Below, piece after piece: positions 1 through 9,842 of a stretch of DNA of 64,000 nt (position 1 is the stretch's first letter; every line of letters starts with the position of its first letter). Source of the stretch: an uncultured Acidobacteriota bacterium. Its GTDB lineage: Bacteria; Acidobacteriota; Blastocatellia; RBC074. The notes under the pieces were generated by a model. That model saw nothing but the letters and a program-made list of their open reading frames with translations, searched no databases and was not told where the DNA came from. A program made the translations under genes and the position numbers. The DNA is taken from contig CAWCKY010000001.1 in the NCBI GenBank assembly GCA_963796275.1, positions 704,001-768,000 of the forward strand. The letters are read 5' to 3'.

Positions 1-489
1 TTCACCGATCAATAGGGTTTTCGATTTCTCAATCAACCCTCCGTGCCTGGGGCGAGCGATTTGAAGGTTTTCGACGAACACATCGCCATTCTGATCTTTC
101 ATGTAATTATATATGTGGAATCTGAGGTCAGGGACGGCGATCCTGATGATCCCGTTTTGCACGAGCACCCGCCGCACCTCTTTGAGAAAAAGCGCGGCTT
201 CACCCCGGTCAAGGTGTTCGAGCATATGACAGGTATAGAGGACCTCAACCGAATGGTCCGGCTCGGGAATCCTTTTCACTGCGTTGGCGTATCTGATCTC
301 CTTTTGCTTAACGATATAGATGAATTGTTTCTGTTGTTCAGATAACAATCCGAATCTTTCCAATAGCGATGTAAGTACCGGCCAGTCGGCCAGTCGAATA
401 CTGATCGAATTGTCATAGTTCACCCAGCCGGGAGTCGGCGTTGCGCCACATCCAATGTTGAGTCGCCTTAGATTTGTACTCGTCTCCAT
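1..489 (-). CDS. Class I SAM-dependent methyltransferase (Methyltransf_11-like), 3' end runs off the window
   Basis: Not in the ORF track. Manual translation from ATG 489 gives METSTNLRRLNIGCGATPTPGWVNYD...VLYTCHMLEHLDRGEAALFLKEVRRVLVQNGIIRIAVPDL, with motif I (LNIGCG), HMLEHL and RVL..G motifs. Confidence 0.85.
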   Translation of the reverse strand, partial: METSTNLRRLNIGCGATPTPGWVNYDNSISIRLADWPVLTSLLERFGLLSEQQKQFIYIVKQKEIRYANAVKRIPEPDHSVEVLYTCHMLEHLDRGEAALFLKEVRRVLVQNGIIRIAVPDLRFHIYNYMKDQNGDVFVENLQIARPRHGGLIEKSKTLLIGE

Positions 490-515
490 CGCCTTAACCC
501 TTGCTCCATTCCGGT

Positions 516-638
516 TTGAAGAATCAACCACGGATCCCGGAGAGTACGGGAATAAAAGTGGAAAAGAAGAGAGCGAAAGCAAAGCATACACGAGCAATTT
601 TCTTCCCCGTGATCCGGGTCCCGGGATCCATTCTTCAA
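516..638. repeat. Imperfect intergenic palindrome
   Basis: TTGAAGAAT (516-524) pairs with ATTCTTCAA (630-638), and GGATCCCGG (532-540) pairs with CCGGGATCC (621-629). Confidence 0.6.
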
Positions 639-646
639 GGCCCAAT

Positions 647-3600
647 TTATCGAATCATCAACCCTATGCTCGCAGTCTCTCCACTTATTGTATCGGTCAC
701 CTCTACTCGCCATGATCCCGGTGAATCGTTGAGCGCTGTTCTGAAACTGATGCTGCCCGTTCCACCGGTAATCTCCTGATTGCCGCCGTAATAACGCATT
801 TCCCGGCCCGCCGGATCAACGACCCTCACTTTGGCAACCGAGCGCAATTGAGGTGATGATGCAATGCGAAATTGCAGTTTTACGACATCGCCCAGACGCG
901 CCCGCGCATCGGCCTGTAACTCCATTCCGCCGATGCGGTCCTCCACCAGCGCGAATAACCTGGGCATGCCCGGCTCGATCTCGATTTCAAAATCCGAGCC
1001 TGAGCCAAGATGGCGTCTCTGCCGAACGTCGTAAAGAACACCGCTGCGCTCGAAAACTATTCGCACCTTCTGTTTTGCGACCGGTGCAACTTGGGCAATC
1101 GGGGCAACCGGGGCAACCATCGCTTTGTCGGGCACTAGTCCGAGCAAGAGCGTTGAGCCGAAATTGAAGGTGTAGCTCTCGCAGTCGACGACGCGTTTGC
1201 CGGCAGGCGTTTTCAACTCGACCGTTGGATTGATCCCTGCTGTAGCCAGAAGCCGCTTCATCTTTTCCAATGCCGGCTCCTGCCGTTTCTCGAGCCTCTC
1301 ATCGGAATAACGGTCCAAAAAGTAGTTCAACAGGTAAGCGCGGCCGTTGCCGAAGCGGTTTTCGATCAACGATAGCCGGCCTTCCTCGGAGAGCATCGCC
1401 TTTGCGCCAGCAAGCTGCAGGCCGGGTTCGCCCTTCATAGCCACAATAGCTTCGCGATCGTATGTCGCGGGAGCGATCCCGAAGAGATCGGCGAGCGCAC
1501 GTTCGTGGCGGAATTGACAATGTTCATCCATCACCCCCGGGAGAGCGTCGGCGATGACCGTTCCGCCCTGACTCGCGAATTCGCGAATGGCAGCCGCCTC
1601 TTTGTCGCTGAGCGCAACACTCATAGGCAAAATGAATGTGCGATAGCCTTTGGCAATCAGATCGCCCTTTTCGACGTCGCTATAGGCGATGAAATCGAAT
1701 TGCAATCCCGAATCGCGTAAAATCCTGACCCATCCGTCGCGGTTGGCGTTGAACCGGCGATGCGTGGCGCTCGGCGAATCGTAGACGACGCGATCCTCGA
1801 TTTTTCCGTCTACAATCCACGAACCATGGATGCTCGGATAAGAGTAATGGATGGCAATGCGGTTATTTTCCGGGATGCCAGAGGCCACGAGCTTGCCGAT
1901 CCCTTCGCCGCGCAATTCACGGAATCCTTCGGCGATATCTTTCCCGCTCTGAGAGAGTGTTAAATCAGGATCGAGCGTGGAATATTGCCAGAAGACATAA
2001 GCTCCGCCGTTCGCTCCTTTGAAGAGATTGCGGTAAAAGTCATAAATCACATTCGGGCCAAGCGCCCCATAGCCGGCGCCGCTCGAGATTTTTACTTCGG
2101 GATTAAAGTTGCGATGGAAGTCGAACTGGTTGCCGCCGTCGTAAGAATTGATGTGATGCGTGAATTGATTGATGCGGCTGTAATCGCAGCCGTTGTGCGG
2201 CGCCGACTCCTGTGTCCCGGAGTTGAGGAGTATCCCCTGAGCGTCCAACTTGCGCAATTCCCCGAGCACGAACTCGAAGGAATCGGCGTAGCTCTTCTCC
2301 ATAAAGGTGCGATGGTCGGCCCACGAAGCATAATTGCCGCGCCGCTGAGCTTCGTAAGTGTCATCCGGGATGACTTCTTCCCAATTCCCGAAGCTCGTAC
2401 CCCACTTGCGGTTCAACCCTTCGAGGGATTTATAGCCTGTTTTCAGCCAGGCGCGCATGGCGCGCATGCAATAATCAGAGAAGCAGAGATCGAGATCATC
2501 GACGTAACAGGTGAGCGAAGGCTCTTCATAAACATAGTAGGAAAGCGGGGAGAACGGCGCCCAAGGCTCGACGAGCTGCTTCATTTCCCTGCGAATCAGG
2601 TCGCGATAAGACGGATCGTTGAGGCAGTATTCGCGTACGAGCAACCGTTTATCGCGCGTCTCGGCGTAGCGTTTCTTCATCTTCGAGTAGTAATCGCGCT
2701 TCGGTCCGTCGGGCGATTCCTGGCCGCTGATGCGCGTCTGTGCCTGAATGTTATAGTTGGCGTGCTTGCTGTGGCTGAGCGTATAGGCCGAAAGCGTCGT
2801 GATATGGAGCCGCCTCATCTGCTCGTCGATCGCAGGCCAGATGCCGGGAATCGGGTCCTTATCGAAGCGATACATGACGATGTCGTAATCGTCCCAATGG
2901 CGAGGTTGTAAAACAAAGAGCTCCTCGATGCGACGGTCCTGACGCAATCCACCCGCCGCCACCTCGCAATCGATGCGGGCGAGGTGCGTCAGCGCTCCTG
3001 CGGAACTGAAACTGATCGTTTGCTCTCCCGGCGCTCTGGTGGAAAAGCGGCGGATGTCGATCAACCGGTCGTAGTTGTCGAATAATCGCGCCGTTACCGT
3101 GCAATCGACCATCAGCGGGGATTCCAGACTTAATCGGGCATTGACGCTCTCGCCCAATTTGACGCGATCGCTTTCAAGGGCGAGCTCGCGGATCGATACT
3201 TGGGCTGGAACTTCAAAGACCAGTGTCCCCCAATCAATAGTCCCTCCTTTCCCGTTCAATTTTACTTCTGCAAAATGGCGGCCGCCCGTGAGCGGTTGAG
3301 AGATAGTCAAATCGATTCTCTTTGACCCGCCCGCGATTGAATACGAAACCGTCGCTTCGATTTCACCGAAGCTATTGTGGATCGTCGCAGCAAGTTCAGC
3401 CATTGCGGGCGCTTCCTCGATCGTAACAGAGAGCGCATTCCCAGACCATCGCAGTTCGCCTATCGCCGATTGCGGCTCCCGCTTCGCCGCCCACACCACC
3501 GCACGCGCGACCAGCGACCAGAGATATTCTTGATAAGGATAATGGAGGGACGCTTGTCCCGTTTGCCCGGATTGCCACGTATGCCCCGTCTCGAATACAT

Positions 3601-4960
3601 TTTCGACTTCGGGGATCATCCCGCGCTCGCTGTAGCCGAATGCCACGATGCGGCCTTTACCGAGGGTTCCGACTGCCAGCACAGGGGTGCCGGCCGATGT
3701 TTCGAGCAACACTTCTCCGGCGGCCTTCCATGGCGGATTACTGGGCACTTTGAGATGTCCCCAGGGAAATGCCTCAAATGGTATCCCGCGTGTAATGTAG
3801 TGAGCGGTCTTTGCTCTCCACGATGTTTTATCAAACGCGGTCCGGCCTTTGCCGCTTTCGCTCTCGGCGACTCGGGAAATAGGCGAGCGCAAGTCGTCGC
3901 TATCTTTGTTCAAGGGATAGAAGAGCACCAGCCCCGCACCGGCCTCGACGCGACGGCGAATCTCGGCGCGAACCTCCGCGGGATAGCTCTCCCAGGGATG
4001 AAGACCGGGCCAGAGGATACAATCGTACTCCGGTCCATTGAGCAGATCATCGGCGATGTACGCGTGGGCCAGACTGTAGGGATGTTCCCAGAATTCACCG
4101 CCGGCTCCGCGATGCTCGTAAAAATCGCCGAAACCCCATTTATTGGTGCCGGGACTGCGGCCAATGGATGTGGCTTTGAAATCGAGATCGAGACGCTGCG
4201 CGAGTTCGATGATTCCCCGCCCATCGGGGACATCGGCGATTGCGTAGGCCCTGATTCGGCCGTTGGCGAAGGGCCGAGCCCACGCTTTGTGTGGCGTGAC
4301 GATAGACCTCGAATAGTCGATATCCCACCGCCCCCGCTCCTGCAGCACTGGATGAAATCGGTCGAGCGCGTAATAGTCCAGATAGAACGTCCCACCACGC
4401 GCTGATTCGAGTGTCAGCGCGCGCATCTCGCGCAAATCTATATCACGCGTTCTGGAGAGAGGTAGTTGCAGGTGATTGACACCTGTTCGCAGCGGGAAGG
4501 TTTGAACAAATCGCCCGCCATGGGCATCCCGCAGCCAGAGTTTCAACTCGGAAGGCTGCATGCTCCAGACAAAAATCAATAACGATTCTTTTCTTCGCCA
4601 ATCGGTGGGTATTTTCGTGAATTCGAGCTTTCCGCCATTTTGCGGAAAAACGGCTTCGAGAGAGTTGCCACTCCAGGCCGGGAATCGTTGAGAAGCGGCT
4701 ATGTGCACGCCCTCTGAAGCCTTGATTGAAGAGACCTCCTCCTCCTTTTCGAAAGAGGCGATGACCTCTAATTGGGCATAAGCCGTTTTGGTTGGGAAAC
4801 AAAAAATACAAAAAAGTGCAAAAAAGGCGCAAATAACTTGGGCGGTCATTCGGCAGGTAACCGCGGTTTGCAGCATCGATGTCAAAGAGAATTTCGCCGT
4901 TAACTGCAGCAGCGATATCTTTGTGCTTGTTTTGCCTTCTTTTGTCCTATTTGGTTCCAA
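647..4960 (-). CDS. Large secreted multidomain glycoside hydrolase-like protein (GH42-like barrel plus beta-galactosidase trimerisation domain), about 1400 aa
   Basis: Signal cleavage-like TAYA|Q. GH42-like segments REYCLNDP, WLKTGYKSLEGLNRKWGTSFGNW and WADHRTF. Trimerisation-like LILP..VALSD.EAAAIREF..QGG.VIAD..PG..DEH. The 5335 start in the ORF track overlaps the permease and is unlikely; plausible starts are TTG 4960, ATG 4876 or ATG 4849. Confidence 0.7.
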   Translation of the reverse strand: MEPNRTKEGKTSTKISLLQLTAKFSLTSMLQTAVTCRMTAQVICAFFALFCIFCFPTKTAYAQLEVIASFEKEEEVSSIKASEGVHIAASQRFPAWSGNSLEAVFPQNGGKLEFTKIPTDWRRKESLLIFVWSMQPSELKLWLRDAHGGRFVQTFPLRTGVNHLQLPLSRTRDIDLREMRALTLESARGGTFYLDYYALDRFHPVLQERGRWDIDYSRSIVTPHKAWARPFANGRIRAYAIADVPDGRGIIELAQRLDLDFKATSIGRSPGTNKWGFGDFYEHRGAGGEFWEHPYSLAHAYIADDLLNGPEYDCILWPGLHPWESYPAEVRAEIRRRVEAGAGLVLFYPLNKDSDDLRSPISRVAESESGKGRTAFDKTSWRAKTAHYITRGIPFEAFPWGHLKVPSNPPWKAAGEVLLETSAGTPVLAVGTLGKGRIVAFGYSERGMIPEVENVFETGHTWQSGQTGQASLHYPYQEYLWSLVARAVVWAAKREPQSAIGELRWSGNALSVTIEEAPAMAELAATIHNSFGEIEATVSYSIAGGSKRIDLTISQPLTGGRHFAEVKLNGKGGTIDWGTLVFEVPAQVSIRELALESDRVKLGESVNARLSLESPLMVDCTVTARLFDNYDRLIDIRRFSTRAPGEQTISFSSAGALTHLARIDCEVAAGGLRQDRRIEELFVLQPRHWDDYDIVMYRFDKDPIPGIWPAIDEQMRRLHITTLSAYTLSHSKHANYNIQAQTRISGQESPDGPKRDYYSKMKKRYAETRDKRLLVREYCLNDPSYRDLIRREMKQLVEPWAPFSPLSYYVYEEPSLTCYVDDLDLCFSDYCMRAMRAWLKTGYKSLEGLNRKWGTSFGNWEEVIPDDTYEAQRRGNYASWADHRTFMEKSYADSFEFVLGELRKLDAQGILLNSGTQESAPHNGCDYSRINQFTHHINSYDGGNQFDFHRNFNPEVKISSGAGYGALGPNVIYDFYRNLFKGANGGAYVFWQYSTLDPDLTLSQSGKDIAEGFRELRGEGIGKLVASGIPENNRIAIHYSYPSIHGSWIVDGKIEDRVVYDSPSATHRRFNANRDGWVRILRDSGLQFDFIAYSDVEKGDLIAKGYRTFILPMSVALSDKEAAAIREFASQGGTVIADALPGVMDEHCQFRHERALADLFGIAPATYDREAIVAMKGEPGLQLAGAKAMLSEEGRLSLIENRFGNGRAYLLNYFLDRYSDERLEKRQEPALEKMKRLLATAGINPTVELKTPAGKRVVDCESYTFNFGSTLLLGLVPDKAMVAPVAPIAQVAPVAKQKVRIVFERSGVLYDVRQRRHLGSGSDFEIEIEPGMPRLFALVEDRIGGMELQADARARLGDVVKLQFRIASSPQLRSVAKVRVVDPAGREMRYYGGNQEITGGTGSISFRTALNDSPGSWRVEVTDTISGETASIGLMIR

Positions 4961-5133
4961 CTTACTTTCAACCTTCGATTCAACCTCTGAGATATCTCCT
5001 GAACCACTCGCCGATTCCCTCAAACCATATCTTCTGTTTAGGTGTGATCTCCAGCAGTTATATAACGGCTTAACGTTCCGCCGGTTTGCGATCGGCGTAG
5101 AGCGCTTTGACTTCCCGCTCAGCAGGATATTTT

Positions 5134-6483
5134 TCATCGCAGAATTCTCAGTTTCCTCCGCCACAACAGATAAACGAACCCGAGAGCCATCCACAGCCCG
5201 CCCAGAGCCAGGGCGAGGCGCGAAAGATGCAACCAGATATAAAAGCAAATGGCGAATCCAAGAGCCGGCAATAGAAGATTGGTTATCCAATGCCCTCGCG
5301 TTTTCGGATGCAGCCAGAAATAACGAATGACGCACAGATTGACCGAGATGAATCCGATGAACGCTCCAAAGTTCACCAGCTCAGCCGCCTCGGTGTATCT
5401 TAAAATCAAAGCGCCGATCAGATGAATGCCGCCCATCAGCAGCACGCTGTAGACCGGAGTGCCCAAACGCGGATGAACATAACCGAACAATCCGTAAGGC
5501 AGCAGCCGGTCGCGACCAATTCCGCACAATAAGCGTGACGCGCACGCCTGTCCCGTGATGGCGCTCGCCAACCCCGCTACAACCAGCGCGAACGACAGGA
5601 AATAGAAGAGCGCATCCCCGCCGACCAGGCGGCCGACATCCATAAACGCTGTCTCGATCGGCGAAAACCGGGTGTAGTCGGGCCAGACCATTTGCGCCAG
5701 ATAACTCTGGAGTATGAAAAGTCCGCCCGCGATGAAACAGACCAGAACTGTGGCAACCCCAATGTTGCGGCGTGGATCCCTGGCGTCTTCGGCCAACGTC
5801 GTCACACCATCGAACCCGATGAAGGAGAGGACAGCGAGCGATGTCGCGCCCATCACCTCCGAAAACGAAAATGTCTCCGGATTGAAGAATGGTTTCGCCG
5901 AAAACAGATTGCTCCAGCCCGCTCCGGCGCCTATCCCCGTGCCAGTGCCCAACCATAACGCGCGAATCGCTAACAGCACGAACCATACCAGCGACGCGCC
6001 CATAATCGCGTTCATCAGATAACTCGAGCGTGAAGTCATCTTGATTCCGCGCAGATTGACGGCGGTAATTGCGCCAGCGGTCACAAAGACCCAGAACGCG
6101 TACGGCGCCTCCGGCCATAATTTATTGGCTGTCAGTCCGACGAAGATCACGCTCAGCATCGGTATCAAAATGTAATCGAGCGTCATCGCCCAACCGGCGA
6201 GAAAACCTGCCACGGGATGCAAGGCCTCGGTCGCATATACGTAGGTCGATCCAGCCTGAGGATATGCCGCAGCCATACGCCCATAGCTGAGCGCCGTGAA
6301 GCTCATAGCGATCAGGGCGATCAGATAGACCAGCGGTAAATGGCCGTGTGATTTGACCGTGGCGATGCCGAACATCGAATAAGGGGCGGTCGGCCCGACA
6401 AATGCTATGCCGAATAGTACGAGATCGCGTAGCGAAAGCACTCGCTTGAAACCGCCCTCAGACACGTTCTGTTCTGTAATCAC
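5134..6483 (-). CDS. APC family amino acid/polyamine permease (PuuP/PlaP-like)
   Basis: About 12 hydrophobic segments. Motifs LVLFGIAFVGPTAP, YP.AGSTYVY, LSFIGFDGVTTLAED, RLL..IGRD..LP and HPRLGTP. Probable GTG start at 6483. Confidence 0.9.
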   Translation of the reverse strand: MITEQNVSEGGFKRVLSLRDLVLFGIAFVGPTAPYSMFGIATVKSHGHLPLVYLIALIAMSFTALSYGRMAAAYPQAGSTYVYATEALHPVAGFLAGWAMTLDYILIPMLSVIFVGLTANKLWPEAPYAFWVFVTAGAITAVNLRGIKMTSRSSYLMNAIMGASLVWFVLLAIRALWLGTGTGIGAGAGWSNLFSAKPFFNPETFSFSEVMGATSLAVLSFIGFDGVTTLAEDARDPRRNIGVATVLVCFIAGGLFILQSYLAQMVWPDYTRFSPIETAFMDVGRLVGGDALFYFLSFALVVAGLASAITGQACASRLLCGIGRDRLLPYGLFGYVHPRLGTPVYSVLLMGGIHLIGALILRYTEAAELVNFGAFIGFISVNLCVIRYFWLHPKTRGHWITNLLLPALGFAICFYIWLHLSRLALALGGLWMALGFVYLLWRRKLRILR

Positions 6484-6494
6484 GGGGCAATAAA

Positions 6495-7793
6495 TCAGTC
6501 GACGCCACACCAACGACAAATGAAGCCGGCCAGTGTCTCAACGGTCGCCTGTGCCGAATCGAGATCGACCCACTCGTCCGGCGCATGCGTATTACCGCCG
6601 CGCGGGCCGAAGAGCAGAGCCGGGGTATTGAAATGCTGATGAAAAACGAACATATCGCAGGGTGCGGGCATCCCGCGTACCTGGGCTACTTCTCCGGTAA
6701 CCTGCCGGAAGGTATCAGCCAGCGTCCTGACCAGGTCGCCTCGTTCATCGATGGCTGAGCCGGGTAACCAGGCGATGGGGAAGTGAACATCGGGTTTGAT
6801 GACGAACAGATCGGGGCGCGCTTGAATAACGCGATCGAACCATGTGAAAAACTCCCGGTCGATCTCATCGAGCTCTTCTCCCGGTATCGCCTGCCAGTAA
6901 AGTTCAATTCTACAGCTTGTAGGGAGTGTCATCGGCTCCAGCGTACCCCAGCCGCCGCTATAAATCTTGGTCACCCAGACTGGCACCGGATCCGAGCCAC
7001 CTTCATAGAGAACATGGGCCGGCGCACGCAGTTTGCGTTGATGGGCGAACTCTTTGATCTGTCCGAGCAGGTAATGAAGCTGCTCGGTGACTGGCGGCGG
7101 AGGCTCGCCCTCATTGAGGATACCTCCACTCTCGGCGCGCAGCGTGAGATGGACGGTGCGACCGCCCATCTGCGCGGGGCAGATCACTTGCTGGCTCGGC
7201 TCGCAGATGATAGCCGCATCAGCATTGAGGCCGCGTAATCGTCCGGCGAGCGTCCCGTTGACGCCGCCGAACTCTTCGTCGACTACAGTCTCAAGGTAAA
7301 GATCTCCGCGTAGCTTCGCCCCGGCTTCTCTCAACGCTTCGGCGGCGACTAGCATTGCGGCGATCCCGCCTTTCATGTCGTTCGAGCCGAGGCCGAATAG
7401 GCGATTGCCTTCGATCTGGGCGCCGAATGGATCGCGCGTCCAGGGCTCCGAGCCGCGGGGCACGGTGTCTATGTGGCCCGAGAGTAATAAAGATTTGCCT
7501 CCTCCGCTGCCCCGCCAGACCGCGGAGACGTTGGGGCGATTGGAGTAGTCGCGGTCGTGCCGAAAGGCGGGATGCCGGGTCAATCCCGGGACGCTCGTCA
7601 GCTCGTAAATCTCCGATTGCAGCCCCAGCTCCTCAATACGGGAGCTTACGTATCTCTGGCATTCAAGCTCCGAACCGGCGGGCGGGCTATTTTCGGAAGG
7701 TATTCGCACCAGTTCGCTTATGGTTTGTATGAGGCGGCCACGCAGTTTTCGCGCTGCTGCGGCTACGCGCTGCTCAAGTTGTTCATCCGGCAT
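6495..7793 (-). CDS. M20 family metallo-deacylase (ArgE/DapE-like)
   Basis: Metal-binding motifs GHIDTV, GSNDMKGG, VVDEEFGG, ICEP and HAPDE. Probable start MPDEQ at 7793. Confidence 0.9.
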   Translation of the reverse strand: MPDEQLEQRVAAAARKLRGRLIQTISELVRIPSENSPPAGSELECQRYVSSRIEELGLQSEIYELTSVPGLTRHPAFRHDRDYSNRPNVSAVWRGSGGGKSLLLSGHIDTVPRGSEPWTRDPFGAQIEGNRLFGLGSNDMKGGIAAMLVAAEALREAGAKLRGDLYLETVVDEEFGGVNGTLAGRLRGLNADAAIICEPSQQVICPAQMGGRTVHLTLRAESGGILNEGEPPPPVTEQLHYLLGQIKEFAHQRKLRAPAHVLYEGGSDPVPVWVTKIYSGGWGTLEPMTLPTSCRIELYWQAIPGEELDEIDREFFTWFDRVIQARPDLFVIKPDVHFPIAWLPGSAIDERGDLVRTLADTFRQVTGEVAQVRGMPAPCDMFVFHQHFNTPALLFGPRGGNTHAPDEWVDLDSAQATVETLAGFICRWCGVD

Positions 7794-8063
7794 ACTGAGT
7801 ATCCATATGATTGAAACATTTGTTTTGACTACCGGCCAATAGATTCGAAGGATTGACATTATAGCGAACATTCGTCCCCGAAGAGCAGGTGCCTCGAACC
7901 CCGCGTCTCAATTTATCTCTGTGATCATAGTTAGTTGATTTAATAGCGGAAGCAACAAAGCGAACAACTGCCTTCAGCTCAATCTGCGTCTGCCACCAAC
8001 GGCCCGTAAAATAGCGGCCCCGCACATATTCTCGATATTCATCCGACCGGAAATTATTTTTTC

Positions 8064-8092
8064 TTGACATCATATAGGTCGTAGGTTAGAGT
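8064..8092 (+). promoter_or_regulatory. Sigma-70-type promoter for the ROK-TonB receptor-GH20 unit
   Basis: TTGACA (8064-8069), 17 bp spacer, TAGAGT (8087-8092), with an AT-rich upstream tract. Confidence 0.6.
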
Positions 8093-8174
8093 CTGCCGGA
8101 AATTAACTACCTTGAGATTGACGACCTTTTGACTACCTTATCGATTAATCAAGAAATTCAAGTCAATCAATAAT

Positions 8175-8351
8175 TAGCCTGTAAACTAAGTTATTTGATG
8201 TTTAGATGGCGATTCAAGTTCGAATCAGTACCGCGAGCGGTAGCGAGCGTGTCTCAATTAATCAACTGGCTTGGGTACAACGCTCGCTACCGCTCGCGGT
8301 ACTGATTCGTCGATTATCAAGAAACTTAGATTAGTATTAGTTTGCAGAGTA
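8175..8351. mobile_element. MITE-like element carrying a REP-like hairpin
   Basis: Perfect 30-bp inverted repeat CGAATCAGTACCGCGAGCGGTAGCGAGCGT (8221-8250 / 8280-8309). Outer inverted repeats CTGTAAACTAAGTTATTTGAT (8179-8199) versus ATCAAGAAACTTAG..TTAGTTTGCAG (8316-8347). Flanking ATAAT direct repeat. Confidence 0.65.
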
Positions 8352-8367
8352 ATAATCAAGACCATCA

Positions 8368-9607
8368 ATGATGTTTAGAAAGCTCAATATTCATTTGGCG
8401 GGAAGGGCGACGCATCAGGCTCTGCGAGACATGAATGAGGTGCTGGTGCTCAATCTGGTGCGGGAGCGCCAGCCGATCTCCCGCATCGACATAGCAGGAT
8501 GGACGGGGCTGGAAGGGAGCACGGTTTCGAAGATAGTGGCGCGGCTTCTCGAAAGCGGATTCATATATGAAGATGGCGTCGGGTCTGCTTCACCACAGGG
8601 AGGGCGCAAGAAGCGGTTCCTCCGCCTTAACCCGGAAAAAGTCTACGCGATCGGCGTCGATCTGGAGCCACACCGCATAATGGTTGCGCTGAGTGATTTC
8701 TCGGGGCGTATTCTGCGCTCTATGGCGATGGACAACGAACGCGAGCCTCAGCGGGCAGTCGAAGTCGTCGCCCGAAGCATCAAGAAGCTCTTGCAGTCAA
8801 AGCAGTCGAAGGAGCGGGTTGCGGGAATCGGCGTCAGCCTGGTCGGTCTGATTGATCCGAAAGAGGGGCGGATTCTTGCGGGAGAGAACCTGGGGTGGGG
8901 CGACGATGTGCCCGTGGGATCGATGTTGCGCAGCTCATTGAACATGCGATCTGCCGATCTATTACGACAACGGCTCGCGGTTGGCTGCGCTCGCGGAGAT
9001 CTGGTTCGGCAGACACGCTGCGCAACAGCCGCAGGACCTGGTCTTCATCGAGGTCGGCGATGGCGTGGGGGCTGGAATCGTCATTCAGGGGCAGCTATAT
9101 CACGGCTCAATGCACGGCGCCGGCGAGTTCGGGCACATTTCGCTCGACCCGCTCGGGCCGATGTGCAATTGCGGCGGGCGCGGTTGCCTGGAAGTCTTTG
9201 CGGCGGACCACGCGACGCTCGCGCGTTATGTAGAACTCTGTCGCGCCGAAGGGATGGCGGCGGAGGTCAGAAGAAAGTTGAATATTGAGGAGCTGGTCGA
9301 TCGCGGGTTGGACGGCAATCCGCGGGCCATCGAGGCATTACGTCAGACGGCGACCTATCTCGGGCGCGGATTGATCCCGGTGATCTATTCGGTCAACCCG
9401 GAGGTTATCGTCCTTGGCGGCTCGGTGGTAAAAGCCTGGGACATCCTCTATCCGGAGATTCGCCGCGTCCTGGCTGCGCAGGTCACCCGCTTTTATGCGA
9501 GCCACGTGTCGATCACTCCATCCACGCTCGAGTCGAGGCCCAGTCTGGTGGGGGCTGTGGCGCTGGTCCTCGCGCGCGCGTTTTCGATTCCGAGCCAGGG
9601 TTGGTGA
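8368..9607 (+). pseudogene. ROK family (NagC/XylR-like) transcriptional regulator split by a one-base frameshift near 8947
   Basis: Frame 1 has the HTH (PISRIDIA..TGL..STVSKIV..LL) and ROK N-terminus. The other frame continues DLPIYYDNGSRLAALAEIWFG...GVGAG...GAGEFGHISLD..GPMCNCGGRGCLE. Removing one base in AACATG-C-GATCTG restores a single ORF. Could be an assembly error. Confidence 0.85.
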
Positions 9608-9842
9608 GCGCGGTTTTTCACCGCTTGCCGTGCTGGCACAGTCTCAGAATTCAGAATCACGTTGCCTGTAAAACTTGCTTGATGGTGGGAGCCCTTCGTG
9701 TCGCAAGGCGATTGCCGAATCTCGGGAATCGGCGAGCGATGTACGGCAGGTTACTAGCCTGCTGATGATTCCCTGAAAAGTCTGGTTGCGAAGAACTCAG
9801 CTGGTCAGAACGACCTGCTGTACATTCTTCTGAGGTACAACG

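Noticed and set aside
1985-4405. Long plus-strand ORFs (308 aa, 342 aa) and similar antisense ORFs across the window
   Set aside because: They are shadows of real genes in GC-rich DNA and show no recognisable motifs.
4961-5335. N-terminal extension of the 1562-aa ORF
   Set aside because: It overlaps the APC permease by about 200 bp and lies far upstream of the signal peptide.
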